The notes beneath the pieces are model-generated. The model was given only the letters and a program-made list of their open reading frames with translations, was not told the origin of the DNA and made no database searches. A stretch of DNA of 59,685 nt, the filler included, from Sluysia triapertura (lineage: Eukaryota), in NCBI GenBank assembly GCA_046118255.1. It is 5 parts of 5 records of this genome, joined end to end, with 100 filler letters (N's around TTAATTAATTAA, not from the genome) between each part and the next. Parts side by side here need not be neighbours in the genome. Positions count along the whole stretch, not along the records: positions 48,224 to 59,685 come from JBJNIA010184479.1; 4 more parts are not named here. One strand, given 5' to 3'. Shown piece after piece: positions 50,675-59,685 of this stretch. Positions within the stretch are counted from its first letter, which is position 1. Each line of letters starts with the position of its first letter. Position numbers and translations under genes: made by a program.

Positions 50675-50819
50675 GTTGTCCGGAATTACCTCATCGATTG
50701 ATTGCAATTTGTGATATATCAGCTGATCCAGGAGGATCTATCGAATTTGTTAAAGAATGTACTACTATTGATAAACCATTCTGCTTATACGATGCCGAAC
50801 AGAATATGAGTTATGAAAA
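50675..50819 (+). CDS. AASS: Single exon of alpha-aminoadipic semialdehyde synthase (lysine-ketoglutarate reductase domain)
   Basis: aatcag|(G)[47 protein letters not shown]|gtaagt, the highly conserved LKR segment. Missed by the ORF track. Confidence 0.9.
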
Positions 50820-51899
50820 GTAAGTTTAAAAATTCAACGAATTATAATAAGTTTTTTAGATACGTATAAAAGTACAGTCATAATTCATTTAGTGTTACCT
50901 CTATAACGAAGTCCACATTTTCAAAACATACTTAAAGTATAGAAATTGTACATTGTATATACTCTATTCATAAAACTATCGAATGACTATTTCAAACTAT
51001 TCATGCATGTATATTTTGTAATGCAGAAATGCGTATAACGTATTGAACCATTGACTGCAAATTATGGACACGTGGCAGTTGATGTTTTATCATTAATTTT
51101 CTTCAATTAAATAAAAATCATAATCAATTTCTAATATTTGACAAGTCGTATTTATATTGTTTTACAAAAACTTGTGAATAACAAAGTTTAAGAAAATTAT
51201 TTTATTTTATTACATTCATAATATTGCAGAATGTTTGTTTACATACATTTCATTAAGAAAACATTGCATTTGGTTTACTTGTGATAAAATTAAATATTTC
51301 GGCGTTTGCCATGATAAAAGAAAATATATGTATCAAGTTATAGAATAAAAGAAACAATAGATTAAAAGAAAAACCATCAAATAAAAAGAGTTTAATAATA
51401 ATTCCGATTGATTCATCTGAAAGAAATGGTAGAATTTCGAAAATTGTGTTATAAAATTTGTTTATTTTATGATAAAGTTGAATTGAAGAAATTTCTATGT
51501 TACAATATTAAAAAAACGTTAATAAATATATAGTAATAAAAACTTTTGAAATGCGTTTTATTTTAATTTTTATGATCTTTGTATTTTTATCAACTAATAT
51601 TAACTGCAGATGGTAATTTTTACTCATTACTGAGTAATTTTTTGTGAATTTTATGAAGTTTAGAGTCATACTTTAAGGATCACCTAAAAAAACTAGAAAT
51701 CTTAATTTAAATAAGTTCTTATATCTAGAACTTATATCTAGCTTTGGTATTTAACATAGTCACCGTGTTGAAAATATTGAAAAAAGAATTAACAATATCT
51801 AAGTATTCAGATAAAATTCATTGCTAACTTTAATTTTACATGCATTAACTCAGTAATCTAATAAAAAAGTTGAACAGAAAAAGTCAAGATTTATTTACA

Positions 51900-52980
51900 A
51901 TCATCGAATGATAAAAATACTACTTGAATGTAATTTCATAAGATGTAGAAAGTAACCATCTTCACTTGGAATCATCAAGGCATTTCGTAGCTGAAATTGC
52001 ATTTATCCGGATTAGTAGAAAGCTCTTGATTTCATTTTCTTTATTTTTCTCTAAATAGGCAAAATTCACTTCTAAATTTACGTATAATCTTAATCTGAAA
52101 TTTAAATTTTGAACTGCATTTTTCATGGCATCAACGAGTGACCTCGAAATACTAAATGTTTGATAAGTTGTTTTGTCAAACTATTCATGTACATCTAGTA
52201 TAAATTCAAAATGAATCATCTGTGTTGTTCTCGTTATCACTTTTGTTAACATTATTTGAATCATTGATACCTTCTTGAATGAAATTTGAATTTTTTATGG
52301 GTTGCAATAGAACCATGTTCATTTGTATGATCGAATGAACTCAATTTCCAATCTGCGGATTTTATCACAAAAATCGTATCCAATCGATCATAATCATGTC
52401 GTAATTTACTAAATTTTTGCTTCAAATATGTTTCCAATAGAATACCTCTTTCGGTCACAATAATTACATCTACTTTTTGTGTTTCATGACCATCTACCAA
52501 ATAAATAATATGTTTAATAGTTTAAAGGTCTGACTCTTTTAAAGCATTTTGAATTGACTGCAACTTATAATTTGTTAAGTCGGTGTTATTAAAAATTGAA
52601 AATTTATATCTTTTTTTGTCCAAGCAATCTGATAATGTCCAAACATTAGTCAAATTCCGATAAAAAAAGTATACATCGAGATATCCTTAGAACTATTACT
52701 GGTTATTTCAATTTTGAAATCCATAAACCCACAACTTCTGCTGGCCTAGATGCCTCATTAGTTATGAAACGAGTAAAAAAGTCAAATATTTGATATAAAT
52801 TTCGATCGCCAATTCCAGATAATTTTCATGATATAATATTCTCTCACAATTGCGGTGTTCAGATGTCCATATAATAGCATTTTTATAGCTATGCATGAAT
52901 CTACATATCCAACAGCTTGATATAGTCGTTATTCTGGAGAAGAAATTGCAGTTCTAGTATTATAACGAATGGAAATTATT
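51900..52980 (-). pseudogene. Long disrupted ORF of unknown family
   Basis: About 1 kb of coding-like sequence. Open stretches such as DVYFFYRNLTNVWTLSDCLDKKRY...ESDL*TIKHIIYLVDGHETQKVDVIIVTERG... are broken by stops and frameshifts. Confidence 0.45.
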
Positions 52981-55222
52981 TTTAAACTAGACAAGAATTT
53001 AATTTGAAATTCAAAATTTGATGTTTTCAATCATTTTCATTAAAAACACAAAAAAACTATTTTTAAATTTAAATCAAATTAAATTCTTAGATTTTATTTT
53101 GAAAAGTTTTACATCTTTACTGGAATCAAATAAATTAATATTAATCGTTTCATTGTCAATAAAACAAATTATATTTTAAATTTAATGATTATTTATATGA
53201 ACTCTATAATCTGTAAATATCTAAATAATAATATTAATACTAACAATAATCGCACTAATTATAATAGTAATAATAGTAATGATAATAACAACGGTGTCAA
53301 TAATTGTTAAGTTATAAAATTCATATTTTTGGGATTGTAGAATACAGTGTAAAATGTATTGCATGTTTTGTAGGTTAGTGAAGAATTTAGAGAGGTATAC
53401 TAGGTGTTAAGTGTGATTTGATGTACGTTGTCACTAAAATCTGAAACAAAACTTTCAATTTTATTTAATCCTAGTTTTTGTGCTTTAACTCTGTAAGTTT
53501 GTGTAAGACGATCAACACAATACTTTTCATATTAAACTGGACTCCATTTTAAACCGATTTAGTATTAGTTAAAAAACAATAGAAAACGACTACATTTAGA
53601 TTTGAATTATTAAAATATTTAAACAAAAAAGTAAATCATAACTTTAATATTCATTAGATATTATTAAAATATTGCATTTATACATTTTCTGCGTTATTGC
53701 ATTTATACTTATACATATATCCTTCAAAACTCATGTACAATCATCTTAAAATTCTCTTCGATTCTGAGTACATATGACGCTGATTTGAAAAACAACATTG
53801 TAAAATCTTGACATCTATCCGATATAGCTTTGTTGAAAGATCCTTTTACGTCTTGCTTTGCTCGCTGACGCGAATTCAATTGAATAAGACCATAGTGACA
53901 TGATGACAACGTAAATATTCATTGCGTTTATGATTAACATGATTTTTATCAAAATGTGTATCACGAAAATGATCAAGTATCGGCATTTCATGACTTGATT
54001 GTAAAAGACTTATGTTGTTAGTAAAGATAAATGATTATTTATACAATTAGTAATAACTCGAAGGATAAAAAATATAAATAATTCACGAGAAGAGAATGTA
54101 GTGATGCTAAAACGGATGAGAGAGGCGTATCGACGAAGCTGATTATGATACAAATACAATCAATTATAATAGTTTATGTGTCAATGATTTTATTTTGGGT
54201 TTTGTGATCTGGGTGATACGAGATGAGGTTACGAAATTTAGGAAATATTAGTAAGTGGATTTTATGTAAATATGTGACTGAGCGTGATAACAAAAGTACA
54301 GTATACTACTGTGACACCACAAATGAAGTTTAAGTTTAAAATCCAAATATTATTTCATTTAACGGAGTAATTATTCACAGACCCTATTGAAATTACGAAA
54401 ACAAAAATTAAATTCCCATGAATTGCTTATTTCTTTTGCGAGGGTTTCGTGTAAAAACTAATTACTTGTTGTTGGTGTCTTAAGACCTTAATGGTTGGCA
54501 TCCCTATAACTTTATAATTTTATAGATTACTAGTGGGTCTTTTTACCACTTTAAAACTATTAAAACTAAATGCTGAAGGTCCAAAACAAAAAAGCAGAAA
54601 TTTAAATATATTTGCACTAGATGCGTAAAATTTAACTTGATGCTAATTAATGCAAAATTTATCTTGATACTGAACCTTAACTTATTTCTACTATTTTTAT
54701 GTGAAATTCACTTAATTTCCACTTTAATTTCCAAAATTTACTATAAATTTAATGTGTATTTCTTTATTAATATAATGAAAACTTGTGTAGCACAATGACG
54801 GATAATTAAATGCATATATGCCAAGGAAAAGACGATAAAAATAAAATTAATTGTTAAATATTATAATTTTTAATTAGATTTTAAGGCAGTCATTAAAACT
54901 GTCAGAAAATAAATATTAGTTTATGTTGATTTTAAACTTTTAAAGAGGTATAACTTTAAGGGATTAAGTATTCACTAATATTGTCCTCAAAATAATCAAA
55001 AGTACTGGTTTCGTATAATTTTAAAACAAAAAGATTTTTAACTATAAAATCTTACTAATTCAAAATTTTTACTTTTTTTCAATACATTAAAAAATTTCTT
55101 GACAACTATTTTCATCTCTATGCTGATTATATCAGATGTATAATCTTTTGAATCTATTCACATCTATGAAATGGTTTCACAAAAACAAAATTGTATTTTT
55201 TGATCTAATTTAGTGTCTTTAA

Positions 55223-55288
<66 letters not shown>
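55223..55288. repeat. (ATT)22 microsatellite
   Basis: Perfect tandem repeat. Confidence 0.95.
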
Positions 55289-55290
<2 letters not shown>

Positions 55291-56164
55291 AATTATTACA
55301 ATTCTGAGGAACGCGGCCTGTGATAGTAATGAACTTATGTCTAAAGTAGTGCATTTTCAATTATAATTTGTTAACAATATTATTAAGATGTGAGTAACAA
55401 TTATAACACTTGCAACGAGAATATTATTTTAATTTTAATTATCTACATTTATTCTATTTTCGTGGGCTGATATATACTTTTAATTGAATTTCGTAATCCA
55501 AATATAAATATCAAAATCTTCTTATAAACATAATCTCAAACTAGTATCACTCAATATTTATGTTTATTTTGATAAACATATTTTCAACTAATAATATGAT
55601 GACTAACTTATAATATTTGAAAGTTCATAGTATACAATTAAATTTAATTAAAAATGTTAAATAATTTTAAAATTTTGAAAATAGTGTATGTAATTATTGT
55701 GTAGCAAAAAACAGAACATCTTTAATAATAATAACAATTTCATGTGTAACAGTAAAATGTGTCTACAAATACCTATTTGTTATTAGAAGATAAAAACAAC
55801 TTTCATTCAAAAGCATGGTTACTGAAGTTAGATCTAGTGAGAAAATATCTCTGATACAGCAGCAGAACGTGATGTTCTTAAAACATAATTGTAGTTTGAA
55901 CTGTATTAAAAAGTTCAAAATAATATATAAGAATCCTACAAAAATTTAAAAAATAGAACGTATTGATTTTTCTAAAACAATGCTACTAATCGAGAAGAAT
56001 ATCCTGAAAATATTTTATTCAAGAATGGAAATAATTCTGAGTTTCGGTTATTTTGGTCTGAATGACGAACAAAAGAAACAATATTTATACAACATAAGTT
56101 TGATAAATTCGTGTTAGTTTGAGGTTCCTTAAATTCTAATGGATATTTAATTTTAAATTTTTAA

Positions 56165-56319
56165 NNNNNNNNNNNNNNNNNNNNNNNNNNNNNNNNNNNN
56201 NNNNNNNNNNNNNNNNNNNNNNNNNNNNNNNNNNNNNNNNNNNNNNNNNNNNNNNNNNNNNNNNNNNNNNNNNNNNNNNNNNNNNNNNNNNNNNNNNNNN
56301 NNNNNNNNNNNNNNNNNNN
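56165..56319. other. Intra-scaffold assembly gap
   Basis: Plain N run. Confidence 0.95.
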
Positions 56320-57264
56320 TAATATTAATTCCAGCTTTATTATTATTATTTGTTTTAATTTACGATGTTCTCTAAATTATTTGCATATCAAATTATGTAA
56401 TTTCTCAAGGTATTTCATTTTAAAACTATAAATTTTAATGATTTTAATTGTAAAAGTATACATAAACTTACCAATCTGACCAATATATAGGCTACCATCT
56501 TGTGCATGATTATAACTTAGTTCATACGAATATATATACTTATAAGTTTATTTTCTTCTATGTAATGATTTATATTTCCATTGGTTTATATAGTTATATA
56601 GTTATATGGTTTATATAGTTAGTAATGAGTTCTACCAATTTGAATTATGGTTTCAAACATTTTGTGTATCATTATAAACAACATTTCAGCATGATTACAT
56701 GGAACATTATATAATCTACATTAAAATTAATAATAGTAATTATTTTCGTGATAATTTTTGGGGTGACAAATAATTCTTTTTCAGTTTACTTTTTTTGACT
56801 AATGCTATATAATGCACCTTTTCTTAACCTTGTAAAAAAATGTTTTACTTTTTGTTTTTCATTGAAGTTAGTATAATGAAATTTATCACAAAACTTTAGA
56901 TATTACTTTTATGAAAATATATTAACACTATTTCTACCAAAAGTGACAAAAGACACACCTTTTAACATTTTAATTTGAAATTATTTTCTAAGTTTGACCA
57001 TTTTTTCTTTGTTCATGTGTTGACTTTTCGTATAATAATTTTTAAATTTATTTAGCGGTATAATTTTCCTTCAGCTCATCCTTGATCTAAATATAAACTG
57101 TTTGGTCGAAATAGGTATACACAAATTATGCATTTTATAAGAAGCTCTTGTAGAAGTTCTATAATAATAGCGAAGGCACTAAAAGCGAGAGCAAAATTAA
57201 TCATAATTGAAGAAATAAAGACAACATAATGAAAAAACGGATAAAAGTGCAGAAGGAAGCAAAG

Positions 57265-57266
<2 letters not shown>

Positions 57267-57322
<56 letters not shown>

Positions 57323-57360
57323 TAAGAATAATAATAATAAGAATAAGAGTAATAATAATA
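57267..57360. repeat. Imperfect (AAT)n microsatellite
   Basis: AAT units with AAG/GAT interruptions. It creates the spurious poly-Tyr ORF. Confidence 0.9.
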
Positions 57361-58032
57361 CTGCAACTTATCAAGATAAAAAAGGATTCTGAAAAGATTG
57401 TTCATTATTGTCAGAGATAAAACTTCAACAAGAAAATAGAACAAGTTACAACTGACAAAATTTATGCAAATAGATGCAACTGGAAACAATTTAAAATACT
57501 TAAGCCACACAGTTAGGAATACTTTTTTTCAAAATCAATTAAGAATATAATCAAACTTTAGAAACGCAATCAAAACATCATTAAAATTAATTAAGTTCAA
57601 ATAAGCTATTGAAGGAATCTTAACAAATGTGTAGTTAGCATACTAGATTTATTTTGATGAGCTTTGTTTAATATGATTCTTTGCTTTTCACTTTCGTAGA
57701 CAATATATAAAAATAAAATTCTCGTTTCAATTATAAAAAACGAATATAAGCATTCATTTAAACTGATGCATTTTCTTTAAACATGATTAAAATAATGACT
57801 TATAGCAATTTTGATTACACAAGGTCAAAAACATTAAAAAAATGATACATATTACCAATTTATAATATTATTATTAATAATATCACGTAACATCGTGGTC
57901 CATATTCAATTAGTAATTTGATATTAACTTCATTTTACAATATGATAATTGTGTTAGATTATGTAAAGCGAATTTGGTTTTAATTTCAGTTTTCGAATCA
58001 CCGTGATTTATTATCGAAGTATCTTTGTTAAA

Positions 58033-58049
58033 TAAAATTTAATGAATGG

Positions 58050-58108
<59 letters not shown>

Positions 58109-58133
58109 GAATAATAATAATAATAATAATAAT
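58033..58133. repeat. (AAT)n microsatellite
   Basis: About 33 units with one AAG interruption. Confidence 0.95.
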
Positions 58134-59685
58134 CTGAGAGTAATAATTTTAAATTAAGGAAAAATAATAAAATATAAATTAGCAAAAATAAAACAAATAT
58201 AAAATAAACAGTTAACTTTAAAAGATACTTTTTAAAAATTCTAAAAATATCTAAAAAAATGTTCGTAAATTAAAGAATAAACAAAAACAGAATACGGAAT
58301 GGTGGGAGTAAAACTCGCCATACTGAATTAGCAAATAGAGAATCTAACGGATCAGAATGAAAAACATATGATTTTATTAAAATAGAAATGAAAAACATAA
58401 TTAAATGCTCGTATATGAATGTATAAATAAATTATTACATACCAATCCAATATTATCGAAGAAAATTAATTAATACGTAGATGAATTTAATCATATTATC
58501 GCATATATTACAATATCAATACATTTATTACTTATATTAAATTCATTTATATTATTGGCTGTATAATGGAAATTGAACAATTTATTGACTATCGCATAAT
58601 ATCAGTGAAAAATACTATACAACGTGGAGTTTTCTATAAGTAAAGAAGAAAATGTTGAATTAGTGTTTCCATTGATTAAATTAAAGTTTGAATTTTCTTC
58701 TTTGCTATCAGAGTTCGCAACTAATCTTTCGTTACAGAAACTTAATTGTAAATCGTTTCAATTGTAAGAATAAGATTAATTAATTTGAAAAAAGATAATT
58801 TTAAATGACAGATAATCTTAAAATAATTTAGTTGAATCTTATAAATCCTAAATTAAGAAAGAAATACTTAGAAGAAATAGCAGAAAGCAAATGCAGAATG
58901 TTAAGAAGGTGAGTTGAACTCATAAGTTACTTAGGAATGAAAAAACAGTACGGTCATTTAGTTTGCTTTTGAGTACATTATAACTTCGCACTTTAGAATT
59001 TATAATGAATCAATTATAAATTAATTTATTTGATAAACATTTAAAATTAAAACACAATATATAATATATTATTATTTTAACATTAAATTAATAAATAGAG
59101 TAATGTCTTTTCTTGCATAATTAATATAATTTAAACAAAGTATTAAGTTGCTCATCATATTTTAAAGTTAAACGTTCATAATATTTAAGACTATTCAAGA
59201 AATACAACTATAAAATATTACATTATTAAATTATTATTTTTTAGCATTCTAGTAAAATTACATTAAACAATGAAAAGTAAAATTTATTCATTTAATATAA
59301 TTTAATGTGATAAAAAATAAACTAATTAAAATTTTCATTATATTACCACTACGATTACTTTTATTATTATTATTATTATTATCATTACTACTACTAATAC
59401 TACTAGTAATATTATTATTATATAATTCGTCGAGTTCAAATGAGTCATAAAAGGTTTTGTTAGTATGCTGAATATTGGTATTAATTTAATATTAGTTATT
59501 TCAATTGCGAATATTGATGAAATTAAATAAAATATTAATTGAGTTTGAATCAATTTTTGTTATTTATGAAACATCTCTTTATTGATTTATTGATCGCTTG
59601 GGATTCATTATTTGATAAATAACTGATGTATATAATGTAGTAAAAATATTCTTAATTTTATTCCGACAATTTTATAAAATATTAT

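Noticed and set aside
2978-52980. Stop-codon reassignment as an explanation for the in-frame stops
   Set aside because: The stops co-occur with frameshifts and all three stop types appear. Intact genes (NXT1, CCDC61, SLC22 and AASS exons) have no internal stops.
57076-57510. 144-aa ORF with a poly-Tyr tract
   Set aside because: Produced by the (AAT)n microsatellite read as TAT. The start is not ATG and no domain is present.
58250-58760. Possible LINE endonuclease relic; similar strand-skewed tracts at 2000-2660, 4500-5200, 29950-30900 and 33950-34480
   Set aside because: Probably ancient LINE debris, but the motifs are too eroded to support a call.
59338-59553. Hydrophobic 71-aa ORF
   Set aside because: The Ile/Val run comes from an ATT/ACT low-complexity tract.
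1-59685. CRISPR arrays, rRNA, prokaryotic operons or defence systems
   Set aside because: No repeat-spacer periodicity or rRNA-like sequence was seen. The DNA is intron-containing and eukaryotic.

Overview
Very AT-rich eukaryotic, probably animal, DNA. It is not one contiguous locus: four identical 100-nt spacers (N44-TTAATTAATTAA-N44) join five separate ~11-13 kb scaffolds, so gene neighbourhood across the spacers means nothing. Recognisable genes are NXT1 (intronless), a multi-exon CCDC61 with introns as short as 32-40 nt, three exons of an SLC22-type organic cation transporter, one exon of AASS (LKR domain), the 3' exons of a single-pass membrane protein, an Ig-like surface-protein exon and an orphan 212-aa ORF. 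There are many broken gene pieces (a GLUT-type sugar porter, AHSA1, several unknown ORFs). Decayed mobile DNA is dense: Ty3/gypsy-type gag with a PBS, L2-type LINE RT pieces, Tc1, Merlin, hAT, piggyBac and mariner-type MITEs. The most unusual object is a 97-bp element present in three copies. It has TGTTAGAC...GTCTAACA inverted termini around a tRNA-Ala-derived cassette that keeps the G3:U70 alanine identity pair, Pol III A/B boxes and a T4 terminator, but has a non-canonical 6-nt, palindromic anticodon loop. All calls come from manual reading and translation; no database searches were run.
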